Source of the DNA: Tepidiforma sp.
GTDB taxonomy: Bacteria > Chloroflexota > Dehalococcoidia > Tepidiformales > Tepidiformaceae
Reading direction: 5' to 3'
Assembly (NCBI GenBank): GCA_026003995.1
Contig: BPIG01000001.1
Span: forward strand, 505,444 to 569,443
Length of the DNA: 64,000 nucleotides
This document shows positions 9,252 through 18,166 of this stretch, piece by piece. A program made the translations under genes and the position numbers. The notes under the pieces are model-generated. The model did no database searches. It was not told the DNA's origin and saw only the letters and a program-made list of their open reading frames with translations. Positions within the stretch are counted from its first letter, which is position 1, and every line of letters begins with the position of its first letter.

Positions 9252-11630
9252 ATGGCAACCGGCACGGAGGAACGAGCTGTCACGCTGAGCGTGAGCGGGA
9301 TGACCTGCGCGTCGTGCGTGCGCCGCGTCGAACGGGCGCTCAGCAAAGTCGAAGGCGTCGAAACTGCGAGCGTGAACTTCGCGGCGGAGACCGCCCGGGT
9401 GACGCTCGGCGGGCCCGTCGCCATCGAAGACCTGGTCGCCGCGGTCGAGAAGGCCGGCTACCGGGCCGCGCCGGTGACGGCCGGGGAGCGGCGCGACCTC
9501 TCGGCGGAAGCGCGGGGGAGCCTCATCCGGCTGCTCGCCGCATCGGTGTTCGCCGTCCCGGCCGTCCTCCTCGCGATGGCGATGGACATCGCCGGGCTGC
9601 ATCTGTTCGGCAGCCCCGCGCTGCACGGGTGGGTGGTGCTGGCGCTCGCGACGCCGGTCCAGGCCGGCCTCGGGTGGCGGTTCTACCGGGGCGCGTGGGC
9701 GAGCCTCCGGCAGCTCAACCCGAACATGGACGTGCTCGTGGCGCTTGGCACGTCGGTCGCCTACCTCTACAGCGCCTGGGTGGTGGTGAGCGGGCGGCAC
9801 GACACGCACATGTACTTCGACGTGAGCGTGGCCGTGCTGCTGTTCATCTCGATGGGCAAGTACTTCGAGGAGACCTCGAAAGGGGCCGCTTCACAGGCGA
9901 TCCGGGCGCTGCTCGCGCAGGCCCCCGCGACCGCCGCCGTGCTCCGCGACGGCTCGGAGATCGAGCTGCCGGTCGAGCAGGTCCGCGTTGGCGACCGCAT
10001 CGTGGTTCGCCCCGGCCAGCGGGTGCCGGTCGACGGCGTGGTGGTCGACGGCTCGAGCACCGTCGATGAATCGATGCTGACCGGCGAGTCGGTGCCCGTG
10101 GAGCGGAAGCCGGGTGACCCGGTCATCGGCGGCTCGCTGAACCGGAACGGCATGATGGTCATCGAAGCCACGGCGGTGGGCGCCGATGCCGCGCTGCAGC
10201 GGATGGTGCGGCTCATCGAAGAGGCGCAGGGGTCGAAGGCGCCGGTCGAGCGGCTGGTCGACCGTGTCGCTGCGGTCTTCGTCCCCGTGGTCATCGTGAT
10301 TGCGCTGGCGACGTTCCTCACCTGGGGCTGGGCGGCGGGCGACTGGCACCGGGGGATGACGGCGGCCGTGGCCGTCCTCGTCATCGCCTGCCCGTGCGCG
10401 CTCGGCCTCGCGACGCCGACGGCGATCATGGTCGGCACGGGGCTCGGCGCGAGCCGCGGCATCCTGATCCGGAACGCGGGCGTGCTCGAGCGGACGCGGA
10501 AGCTCGATGTCGTCGTGCTCGACAAGACCGGGACGCTCACGGCCGGGCGGCCGGTGGTCGCGGACGTCGTGCCGGTCGGGACGCTCTCGCGGGACGAGCT
10601 GCTCCGGCTGGCGGCGGCGGCAGAGTCGCCGAGCGAGCACCCCCTGAGCCGCGCGGTGGTCGACGCGGCGGCGGACGCCGGCATCGAACCGCCGGCTGCC
10701 ACACAGTTCGAGGCCGTGACGGCGCGGGGCGTGCAGGCGATGGTCGAGGGGCGCCTGGTGCAGGTTGGCAACCGGGCGATGTTCGAGGAGCTCGGGTTCA
10801 CGCTGGACCCGCTCAGCGCGGCGATCGGCGGCCTGGAAGCGCAGGGACGGACGGTCGCGATTGTGGCAGTCGACGGGACGGTCGCTGGCCTGCTTGGCCT
10901 CTTCGACGAGGTGAAACCAAACGCAGCGCGGGCCGTCGCGGCCCTCCATCGGCTCGGGCTCCGGGTGGTCATGCTGACGGGCGACAATGAGCGCGCGGCG
11001 GCGGCGGTGGCGGCACAGGTGGGCATCCGCGAGTTCACCGCGGGCATGCGTCCGGAGGAGAAGCTCGCCTACGTCCGCGGTCTGCAGGCGCAGGGGCTCG
11101 CGGTGGCGATGGCGGGGGATGGCATCAACGACGCCCCGGCGCTGGCGCAGGCCGATGTCGGGATTGCGATGAGCAACGGCACCGATGTCGCTATCGAAAC
11201 CGGCGACATTACGCTGCTGCATGGCGACGTGGCGAAGATTGCTGAAGCGATCGCGCTGTCGCGGGAAACGCTGACGACCATCAAGCAGAACCTGGCCTGG
11301 GCCTTCGGCTACAACGTGGTGGCTTTGCCGGTCGCGGCGCTCGGGCTGCTCAATCCCCTTTTCGCTGGCGCAGCGATGGCGCTGAGCTCGGTGAGTGTGA
11401 TGGCGAACAGCCTGCGGCTGCGGACGAAGGCGCGGGCGCTGGCGCGCGCCGCCGGGAACGAATACACGGCGCCCGTCGAGGGTGTGCTCCAGGCGAACCG
11501 CGGGCCGGTCATCGCGATGGCGGCGGCGTTCGTCCTGCTCGTCGTGCCGCTCGTCGTGTTCACCGGCATCGACCGGGGCTGGTTCGGGAGCGGGGGCGAC
11601 GCGGGAAGCCACGCGAGCCCGCACCAGTGA
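9252..11630 (+). CDS. copA: copper-translocating P1B-type ATPase
   Basis: 792 aa. N-terminal HMA GMTCASC, TM CPC motif (ACPCALGLATP), phosphorylation site DKTGTLT, SEHPL, and hinge GDGINDAPAL. Confidence 0.95.
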   Translation: MATGTEERAVTLSVSGMTCASCVRRVERALSKVEGVETASVNFAAETARVTLGGPVAIEDLVAAVEKAGYRAAPVTAGERRDLSAEARGSLIRLLAASVFAVPAVLLAMAMDIAGLHLFGSPALHGWVVLALATPVQAGLGWRFYRGAWASLRQLNPNMDVLVALGTSVAYLYSAWVVVSGRHDTHMYFDVSVAVLLFISMGKYFEETSKGAASQAIRALLAQAPATAAVLRDGSEIELPVEQVRVGDRIVVRPGQRVPVDGVVVDGSSTVDESMLTGESVPVERKPGDPVIGGSLNRNGMMVIEATAVGADAALQRMVRLIEEAQGSKAPVERLVDRVAAVFVPVVIVIALATFLTWGWAAGDWHRGMTAAVAVLVIACPCALGLATPTAIMVGTGLGASRGILIRNAGVLERTRKLDVVVLDKTGTLTAGRPVVADVVPVGTLSRDELLRLAAAAESPSEHPLSRAVVDAAADAGIEPPAATQFEAVTARGVQAMVEGRLVQVGNRAMFEELGFTLDPLSAAIGGLEAQGRTVAIVAVDGTVAGLLGLFDEVKPNAARAVAALHRLGLRVVMLTGDNERAAAAVAAQVGIREFTAGMRPEEKLAYVRGLQAQGLAVAMAGDGINDAPALAQADVGIAMSNGTDVAIETGDITLLHGDVAKIAEAIALSRETLTTIKQNLAWAFGYNVVALPVAALGLLNPLFAGAAMALSSVSVMANSLRLRTKARALARAAGNEYTAPVEGVLQANRGPVIAMAAAFVLLVVPLVVFTGIDRGWFGSGGDAGSHASPHQ

Positions 11631-11763
11631 GGTCCGGCGCCGGGAGCCGATTGTAAAATCATCGCAAATGCTATTGACGTGATGAATCGTCTGTCCGGTA
11701 ACATCCGGCTGCGGACACGGCACGGTTCGCAGAAAGGAGCACGATTTCCGTGAATGACCCAGG

Positions 11764-11793
11764 CAGACAGACAGACAGACAGACAGACAGACA
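11764..11793. repeat. perfect tetranucleotide microsatellite (CAGA)7+CA
   Basis: cagacagacagacagacagacagacagaca read directly from the sequence, preceded by an imperfect unit cagg. It is the only simple-sequence repeat of this kind I see in the window. Confidence 0.97.
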
Positions 11794-11871
11794 CGGGTCC
11801 AGCGCTCTCGACTGACCGCCGCCCTTCTCGCCGCCGTCGCCGGGCTGGGGCTTACTGGCCTGGCAGCGGCC

Positions 11872-12153
11872 ATGACGGTCAACACTGATTCGTGGAACTG
11901 CCCCTGGTCTGGGACGACCAACTGGCAGGGCGTCGGCGCTGTCGCAAGTACGGCTGCGTCGTCCTGCGCGGTGGTGACGACCGTCCAGTTGAGCTACCAG
12001 TATGGCGGGAACTGGTACGCGAACTCGTACAAGTACGGCTCGACATACGTGAGCGACAGCACAGGCCTCGCGATCAGCGAGGCGTTCACCCGCCACCAGA
12101 TCGGCGTTGCCGGTTACGGGTGGGGACAGGAGGAGTACACATGGATTCCCTGA
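11872..12153 (+). CDS. small Trp/Tyr/Gly-rich two-Cys protein; the in-frame upstream stretch encodes a start-less Sec signal peptide (see findings)
   Basis: Listed 93-aa ORF. The same frame is open from 11758 and encodes ...RSRLTAALLAAVAGLGLTGLAAA immediately before M1. Upstream GTG 11750 and ATG 11754 are out of frame by one repeat unit. No family recognised. Confidence 0.6.
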   Translation: MTVNTDSWNCPWSGTTNWQGVGAVASTAASSCAVVTTVQLSYQYGGNWYANSYKYGSTYVSDSTGLAISEAFTRHQIGVAGYGWGQEEYTWIP

Positions 12154-12587
12154 CGCGGTGCTTCGCCGACCGGAGCATCATGACCATCGCCGTTTCCGGA
12201 CTGGCTGCTCTCGCGATGGCCTTCGCCGCCGGGACCCTGTCGACCGCCGACGGCCGCGCGACCGATGCCGCCGTGATTCCTGCTGGCGAACGGCACTGGG
12301 TGCTCGAGGGAGCGCCTGCGGAGCAGCAGGGCGCCCTCGCGGACCTCGAGGTGGCGCGGGAGGAGTACGTCGCCGCCATCGAGGCCGAGCGGAAGTGCCT
12401 GACCGACCAGGGCATTTGGGTCTCCGATACCTGGTGGGAAGACAACCAGCTGCGCTACACCTTTGGCGGGGTGCCATCCCGCGAGCAGGCGGCCTCCGTC
12501 TTCGAGGTCTACCGCGCCTGCCATGCGACCTACGCGCGGAACGTCGCGACCGGCTGGGCGATCGGGTCGGCGCCCGCGCAGCCCTAG
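12141..12587 (+). CDS. hypothetical membrane-anchored or secreted protein (148 aa)
   Basis: ATG 12141 is preceded by GGAGGAG and overlaps the previous stop by 13 nt. N-terminal hydrophobic segment MTIAVSGLAALAMAFAAGTL is followed by a soluble domain with 2 Cys. The 5' part of listed ORF 11892.. is out of frame with the real upstream gene. Confidence 0.6.
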   Translation: MDSLTRCFADRSIMTIAVSGLAALAMAFAAGTLSTADGRATDAAVIPAGERHWVLEGAPAEQQGALADLEVAREEYVAAIEAERKCLTDQGIWVSDTWWEDNQLRYTFGGVPSREQAASVFEVYRACHATYARNVATGWAIGSAPAQP

Positions 12588-12689
12588 CCGGGGCGCGACC
12601 GCGAGCGGGGCGGGCCGCCGCCGGGTGCCGACGCACGGCGGCCTGCTCCGCTCACGCCGCGTTCACTGGCCCGCTGATAGACTGAGGAC

Positions 12690-13856
12690 ATGAAGCGTGC
12701 GAACACCCGGCCGGTCCGGGCCGGTACGGTCATCATCGGCGGGGGGAACCCGATCGTCGTCCAGTCGATGTGCGCCACGCGGACGACGGACATCGAGGCG
12801 ACGGCAGCACAGGCGAAGATGCTGCACGAAGCGGGCGCCGGCCTGGTCCGCATCGCGGTCGACAGCGCGAAGGACGTCGCTGCTCTCGCTGAAATTCGCG
12901 CCCGGGTGCCGGAGGCGAACCTCGTCGTCGACCTGCAGGAGAACTACCGGCTCATCACGCAGGTCGCGCCGCACGTCAACAAGGTGCGGTACAACCCGGG
13001 CCACCTCCACCACCACGAAAAGCAGAAGACCGTCCGGGAGAAGGTGGCGTTCATCGCCGAGACGGCGGCCCGCCACGACCTTGCCGTGCGGGTCGGTGTG
13101 AACTGCGGCTCGGTCGACCCGGAGATGGACGCGAAGTTCGAAGGCGCGGACCCGCCGGGCCTCGAGGGCGTCACGGCGATGGTCGAGAGCGCGCTCGAGC
13201 ACTGCGGCATCCTCGACGACCTGGGGTTCGACCGGTACGTCGTCTCGCTGAAGGATTCCGACCCCCGGAAGGTCATCGAGGCGAACGTGCGGTTCGCGGC
13301 GATTCGTCCTGAGGTGCCGCTCCACCTCGGCGTGACGGAGGCGGGGATGCTGCCGGACGGCGCGATCAAGACGCGCATCGCGTTTGAGCAGCTCCTGTCG
13401 CGCGGCATCGGGGACACGATCCGGGTGTCGCTGACGCTGCCGTTCGCGGAGAAGTGGCGCGAAGTGGAGGTCGGGCGGCAGATCATCGCTGATGTCGAGG
13501 CCGGCCGATTCCGGTCGGTTCCGCAATTCCTCGAGGGCGGGCTGAACATCATCAGCTGCCCGAGCTGCAGCCGCGTGGAGAACGAGGCGTTCGTCGACCT
13601 CGCTTTCAAAGTGAAGGAGATGACCGCCTACGCGAAGGAGTACGACATCACCATCGCGGTGATGGGCTGCCGGGTGAACGGCCCGGGCGAGACCGACGAC
13701 GCGGACCTCGGCCTCTGGTGCGCGCCGACGTTCGTCAACCTGAAGAAGGGCGAGCAGGAGCTGGGCGCGTTCCCCTACGACACGGTCCTCGACCGCCTGA
13801 AGGAAGAGCTCGACCGTCTCATCGAGGAGAAGAAGGCGGCCACCTCGAGAACCTGA
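12690..13856 (+). CDS. ispG: 4-hydroxy-3-methylbut-2-en-1-yl diphosphate synthase (MEP pathway)
   Basis: 388 aa. [14 protein letters not shown] start region, TIM-barrel A domain, and C-terminal 4Fe-4S Cys ligands (ISCPSCSR ... GCRVNGPGE). Confidence 0.93.
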   Translation: MKRANTRPVRAGTVIIGGGNPIVVQSMCATRTTDIEATAAQAKMLHEAGAGLVRIAVDSAKDVAALAEIRARVPEANLVVDLQENYRLITQVAPHVNKVRYNPGHLHHHEKQKTVREKVAFIAETAARHDLAVRVGVNCGSVDPEMDAKFEGADPPGLEGVTAMVESALEHCGILDDLGFDRYVVSLKDSDPRKVIEANVRFAAIRPEVPLHLGVTEAGMLPDGAIKTRIAFEQLLSRGIGDTIRVSLTLPFAEKWREVEVGRQIIADVEAGRFRSVPQFLEGGLNIISCPSCSRVENEAFVDLAFKVKEMTAYAKEYDITIAVMGCRVNGPGETDDADLGLWCAPTFVNLKKGEQELGAFPYDTVLDRLKEELDRLIEEKKAATSRT

Positions 13857-13892
13857 TGGTTCGGCGGCGCCGGTTCCTGTAAGCTCCGCGCG

Positions 13893-14612
13893 ATGACGAC
13901 GGGCACGGTGACGGCGATTGCGCGCTACCCCGTGAAGTCGATGCGCGGTGAGCAGCTGGAGCGGGCGCGCCTCGGATTCCACGGCATTCCGCTCGACCGG
14001 GCGTTCGCGTTCGTCCAGGACGGCGTGGTCAGCCCGTTTCCGTGGTTCACCGGCCGCGAATGCCCGCAGCTGCTCCAGTGCACCCCCGCAGTCATCGCGG
14101 GTGCGGCCGAGTGGCCATCCGGGCCGTGGCCGAGGGTCGAGGTCACCGTGCCGGGCGGCTCGGTCCTGCCGCTCGAGAGCCCGGAGCTCGCCGGGCTGCT
14201 CGCGTCATGGTCGGGCAGGCAGGTGCGGTTGCACGTCGACTACCGCGGCAGCCAGGACGTCGCGTACGTTTCCCTGATTTCGACGGCGACCATCCGGGCC
14301 ATCGCGCAAGCTGCGGGCGTCCCTGCCGACCACCGGCGCTTCCGCATGAACCTGGTCGTCGACATCGGTGATGAGCCGTTCGCCGAGCTGGCATGGGTGG
14401 GGAGCCAGGTGCGGGTCGGGGGAACGACGCTGGCCGTCCACGAGCCGGACCGGCGCTGCCAGATGATCACGCTGGACCCCGAGACGGGCGAACCGAACCC
14501 CGCGGTGCTGAAGCAGCTGGGCCGGCTCAGCCGGGAGGTCTGCGCCGGCGTGTACTGCTCGGTGCTCGTCCCGGGCGAGGTGCGGGTCGGCGACTCCCTT
14601 TCGCCTGTCTAG
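13893..14612 (+). CDS. MOSC domain-containing protein (YcbX-like, beta-barrel N-terminal + MOSC)
   Basis: YPVKSMRGE N-terminal motif and conserved Cys in PDRRCQMITLDPETG are typical of MOSC sulfur-carrier domains. Confidence 0.8.
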   Translation: MTTGTVTAIARYPVKSMRGEQLERARLGFHGIPLDRAFAFVQDGVVSPFPWFTGRECPQLLQCTPAVIAGAAEWPSGPWPRVEVTVPGGSVLPLESPELAGLLASWSGRQVRLHVDYRGSQDVAYVSLISTATIRAIAQAAGVPADHRRFRMNLVVDIGDEPFAELAWVGSQVRVGGTTLAVHEPDRRCQMITLDPETGEPNPAVLKQLGRLSREVCAGVYCSVLVPGEVRVGDSLSPV

Positions 14613-14695
14613 GGCGCCGAGGCTGCGGCCCTGGGCGGCTTCGAGCGCACAGGAAGCAACAACGAGGCCCGCATCTGCGGGCCTGCGGATGTCGA

Positions 14696-15055
14696 TGGTG
14701 GAGACGCGGGAGAGTCGAACTCCCGGTCCAGTGAAGGTCGGCTCCGGATTGTCCTACAGGCTTTCCCACCGATGAGGGTCTCGCCGGGTGACTGCAGTGG
14801 TGGTCCCCACGTCACCCGGCCAGCCGAGCAATCTTTCGCGGGCGGTATCGGCGTCGGCCCGCGGCAGCCTGGCTTTGGTGACGCCCTACCCCGGCGCTAC
14901 CAGGCCGGGCCCCGGGGAGGACGGCTCCGCACTAAGCGGCGAGAGCGAGTTGGCGAGTGTTGCCGTTTATTTTTGGCCGCCTGATTTACGAGGGTGACAG
15001 CCAACCTCGGCCTGCTATCCGGCTACCTGGCTTCCTGTCGATTCCTTTCGTCCCC
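14696..15055 (-). ncRNA. ssrA: transfer-messenger RNA (tmRNA), one-piece
   Basis: 5' end GGGGACGAAAGGAAUCGACAGG. 3' tRNA-like end GGACCGGGAGUUCGACUCUCCCGCGUCUCCACCA. Tag reading frame AAAAAUAAAC/GGC AAC ACU CGC CAA CUC GCU CUC GCC GCU UAG gives (A)GNTRQLALAA at 14932-14964. Sits immediately downstream of smpB. Confidence 0.93.
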
Positions 15056-15096
15056 GTGATGCCATGAGTATAGCACACCCGTTCGGGGCGGCGCGC

Positions 15097-15552
15097 CTAG
15101 CGGACGGAGCGCTTGAGGGCTTCGGCGGCGGCGCGCTCCTGCTCGCGCTGCTTCACGGCTTCGCGCTTGTCATAACTCTTCCTCCCGCGCCCGACGCCGA
15201 GCTCGACCTTCGCTTTGCCGCGCTTGAAGTACATGGAGAGCGGGATGAGGGTGAGGCCCTTCTGGTCGACCATCTGGGCGATGCGGCGAATCTCCTTCTT
15301 GTGGAGGAGGAGCTTGCGGTCGCGGGTCGGGTCGTGCGCGGCGTAACCGGCGTTCGCATAGGGCGCGATGTGGGCGCCGATGAGCCACGCCTCGCCGTCT
15401 TTGATGCGCGCGTAGGCGCCCTGGAACTGGACCTTGTGGTCGCGCACGGATTTGATTTCGCTCCCGGTCAGGACGATGCCGGCCTCGAACCGGGCGAGGA
15501 TCTCGTAGTCGTGCCGGGCGCGGCGGTTCTGGGCGATGGTGGCGTCGGACAT
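15097..15552 (-). CDS. smpB: SsrA-binding protein
   Basis: 151 aa. IAQNRRARHDYEI, GSEIKS, and a basic C-terminal tail are canonical SmpB. Confidence 0.95.
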   Translation of the reverse strand: MSDATIAQNRRARHDYEILARFEAGIVLTGSEIKSVRDHKVQFQGAYARIKDGEAWLIGAHIAPYANAGYAAHDPTRDRKLLLHKKEIRRIAQMVDQKGLTLIPLSMYFKRGKAKVELGVGRGRKSYDKREAVKQREQERAAAEALKRSVR

Positions 15553-15620
15553 GGCGGAAAGGGAGCGGGCCCATCGCCATCGGATGGGCCCGCAGCTCGT
15601 GGTGCCAGTGTACCGCGGGG

Positions 15621-16940
15621 TCAGTTCCCGCGCAGGAGGTCGATGGCGCGGAAGAGCTGGATGTCGCCCTGCGCGACATAATCGTCGTAGGTCATGGGGA
15701 CTTCGATATCGGGCTTCACGCCGAGCCCCTCGATCTGGTCGCCGCGCGGGGTGAGCCAGCGGCCGACGGAGATGTAGAGCGCGCCGCAGCCCTTCGGGTC
15801 GCCGCAGCTCATCAGCTCCTGCAGCTGGTTGACGGTGCCCTTGCCGAAGCTGCGCGTGCCGATGATGGTCGCCCGGCCGTTGTCGCGGAGCGCAGCGGCG
15901 AAGACCTCGGCGCCGGAGGCGCTGCCCTGGTCCTGCAGGATGACGACCGGGATGTTCGTCAGGATGCCTCCCCGGCGGGCGCTCCAGCTCTGCGTGCGAC
16001 CGTCGGCGTCGACTTCGGACAGGATGACGCCCTGGTTCAGGAATTCGTCGACGACATCGACGGTCGCCTGGAGCAGGCCGCCGGGGTTCCCGCGGACGTC
16101 CACGATGAGGCCTTTGTACCCTTTGCTCTCGACGTCCTTCAGCTTCGTGCGGAGCTCATCGAGCGTCCGGTCGTGGAACTGGGTGATGGCGACGTACGCG
16201 ACGTCGGTGACCTCGTTGCCGTTCCGGTCGACGAGCTTCGTCCCACTTTCGCCGGGGATGACCTCGAGGTTCGGCTCGAGGAAGACGCTCTCGAGCGGGA
16301 TGTTGCCGCGGGTGATGGTGATCGTTTCGATGGTGCCGTCGGTGTGCTTCACCTTGAGCGTGACCTGGGTCCCCGACGGCCCGCGGATGACCTGGACGGC
16401 CTGCGTCTGGGTCCAGCCTTCGGTCGACACGCCGTCGACCTCGAGGATGATGTCGCCGGGGCGGATGCCGGCCTTTTCGGCGGGCGAATCGCGGAACGGC
16501 GCGACGATGGTGATGGCGCCGCCGCGGTCGGAGACGGTGGCGCCGATGCCGTCATAACTGGAGGAGAGATTCAGCGCGCCGGCCTGGAGTTCGGCGGGGG
16601 TGAGGTATTCGGTATGGGAATCGTTGAGGGAGCGGATGATGCCGTCGATGGCCGCCTGGCGGAGCGTTTCAGGGTCGAGAGCCGCCTTGTCGACGTAGCG
16701 CGTCTCGAGCAGGTTGACGATTTCGTCGATGATGGCCGCTCCGACGGTGTCGCGGGAGGCGGCAGCATTGCCGCCCGGCTGCTGGGCAGCGGGGGCCGCG
16801 TCATCCGATATGAGCCCGTGGACCGCCCAGCCGAGCCCGAAGGAGAGCGTGAGCATGCTGAGGAGGAGGAAAACGGCGACTGCTGCGCGGGCGAGCTGTT
16901 CGCCGCCGCCGTGGCGGGCCGTGTCGCGTGGCAGATCCAT
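15621..16940 (-). CDS. ctpA: S41 family carboxy-terminal processing peptidase with PDZ domain
   Basis: N-terminal TM segment, PDZ (SPAEKAGIRPGDIILEVDG), and catalytic region LIVDVRGNPGG...GSASGAEVFA...GTRSFGKG. Confidence 0.9.
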   Translation of the reverse strand: MDLPRDTARHGGGEQLARAAVAVFLLLSMLTLSFGLGWAVHGLISDDAAPAAQQPGGNAAASRDTVGAAIIDEIVNLLETRYVDKAALDPETLRQAAIDGIIRSLNDSHTEYLTPAELQAGALNLSSSYDGIGATVSDRGGAITIVAPFRDSPAEKAGIRPGDIILEVDGVSTEGWTQTQAVQVIRGPSGTQVTLKVKHTDGTIETITITRGNIPLESVFLEPNLEVIPGESGTKLVDRNGNEVTDVAYVAITQFHDRTLDELRTKLKDVESKGYKGLIVDVRGNPGGLLQATVDVVDEFLNQGVILSEVDADGRTQSWSARRGGILTNIPVVILQDQGSASGAEVFAAALRDNGRATIIGTRSFGKGTVNQLQELMSCGDPKGCGALYISVGRWLTPRGDQIEGLGVKPDIEVPMTYDDYVAQGDIQLFRAIDLLRGN

Positions 16941-17363
16941 GAGCGTCCTTTGCGCGGCCGGGCGCGGGGTTGTCCCGAGTGTACAGGCGTAATTCCCGGG
17001 CCTTCAATTTGGCGATTACCGGGGGTTTACGCGGCCGGGTGGAAGGCGCCCGTCCCGGTTCGTATCGATCTTCGCACTATCCATGTTATGTGTGGCGAAG
17101 ACGCCCGGAACGGGCCTCCCGGGGCACCCCGACCGCCCCCGCGGCGCGCTTATGTCTCGGGTTGTCACCGAAGCACCACTCCGGTGTCACGGGGCGCTCG
17201 TTGTTCTGTCACCCGGCGGACCTGAACAATCGGCGCAGCCGCCCGACAACAAAGGCACGAACGGTTTCAAATCGGGGGAACCGCCAGGCCGGGGGCTCTG
17301 CCGGCACCTTTCGCCGGCGCGGCCCGGAGTTCGGGGAAGTGGCAGCAACGGGGGAGAACGAAC

Positions 17364-18140
17364 ATGCAGTGGCCGTCCGCCTACGATGAGCAGCCCGGGG
17401 AAGACCGCCAGGAAACGCCGAACCGGCTGTCGCTGGAAGAACAGCAGCGCCTCGTGATGCAGTACGCCCCGCTGGTGCGCCGGGTCGCCCGGACGCTCCC
17501 GCTCGAGATTCCGGGGCTCCTGGAGTTCGAAGACGCGGTCGGCTACGGCACGTGCGGCCTGGTCGAGGCGGTGCGGCGGTACGATCCCTCGAAGGGGACG
17601 AATTTCCACGCCTACGCCGTCCAGCGCATCCGGGGCGCGATGATTGACGCCTTCCGCCGCATGGACCGCCTCAGCCGGACGATGCGCCAGAAGGCGCGCG
17701 ATGTGCAGCGCGCACAGTCGGAGCTGGAGGTCCTGCTCGGGCGCACGCCGACCGACGCCGAGACCGCGGAGCACATGGGCGTCTCGGTCGAGCAGTACCG
17801 GGAGGCAACCTCACAGTCGCGCTGGGTCACGGTGTCGCTCGACCGGATGCTCGAGCGCGACGACGACGGCGACTCGTTCCCGGCGGCCGAGATGCCGACG
17901 GCGGAGGAGGACCTCGATTTCACGCGGACGTTCGAGGAGAAGGAGCTGTACGAAGACCTCGCCCGGTCGGTCGCCCAGCTTCCCGAACGGGAGCGGCTGG
18001 TCATCAGCCTTTATTATGTCGAGCGATTGACGATGCGGGACATCGCGGCGGTGCTCCAGGTTTCGGAGACGCGCGTGAGCCAGCTGCACGCCCAGGCGGT
18101 GAAGCGGCTGCGGCGCTCGCTCCTGCGCGACGTCGCCTGA
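17364..18140 (+). CDS. RNA polymerase sigma factor, group 3 (FliA/WhiG/SigB-like)
   Basis: 258 aa. Region 2 (YAVQRIRGAMIDAFR), region 3, and region 4 HTH (ERLTMRDIAAVLQVSETRVSQLHAQAVKRLR). RBS GGGGGAG precedes the ATG. Confidence 0.85.
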   Translation: MQWPSAYDEQPGEDRQETPNRLSLEEQQRLVMQYAPLVRRVARTLPLEIPGLLEFEDAVGYGTCGLVEAVRRYDPSKGTNFHAYAVQRIRGAMIDAFRRMDRLSRTMRQKARDVQRAQSELEVLLGRTPTDAETAEHMGVSVEQYREATSQSRWVTVSLDRMLERDDDGDSFPAAEMPTAEEDLDFTRTFEEKELYEDLARSVAQLPERERLVISLYYVERLTMRDIAAVLQVSETRVSQLHAQAVKRLRRSLLRDVA

Positions 18141-18166
18141 CCCTGCCGGGTTCTCCAGAACAGTTC

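Noticed and set aside
11764-11793. Whether the CAGA run could be a CRISPR fragment or a mobile-element end.
   Set aside because: It is a perfect 4-nt tandem repeat with no spacers, no flanking inverted repeats and no transposase or cas genes nearby. I treated it as a microsatellite.
11872-12153. A possible lactococcin-972-like bacteriocin assignment for the small Trp/Tyr-rich protein (GGNW / SY-Y-G motifs).
   Set aside because: The resemblance is only loose by eye. There is no adjacent ABC transporter or immunity pair typical of that family. This needs an HMM search before it can be claimed.
17083-17457. The listed 124-aa + ORF in the long intergenic region, running into the sigma factor gene.
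   Set aside because: It is Pro/Arg/Gly-rich with no RBS or motifs, and it overlaps the sigma gene out of frame. It is probably not coding.
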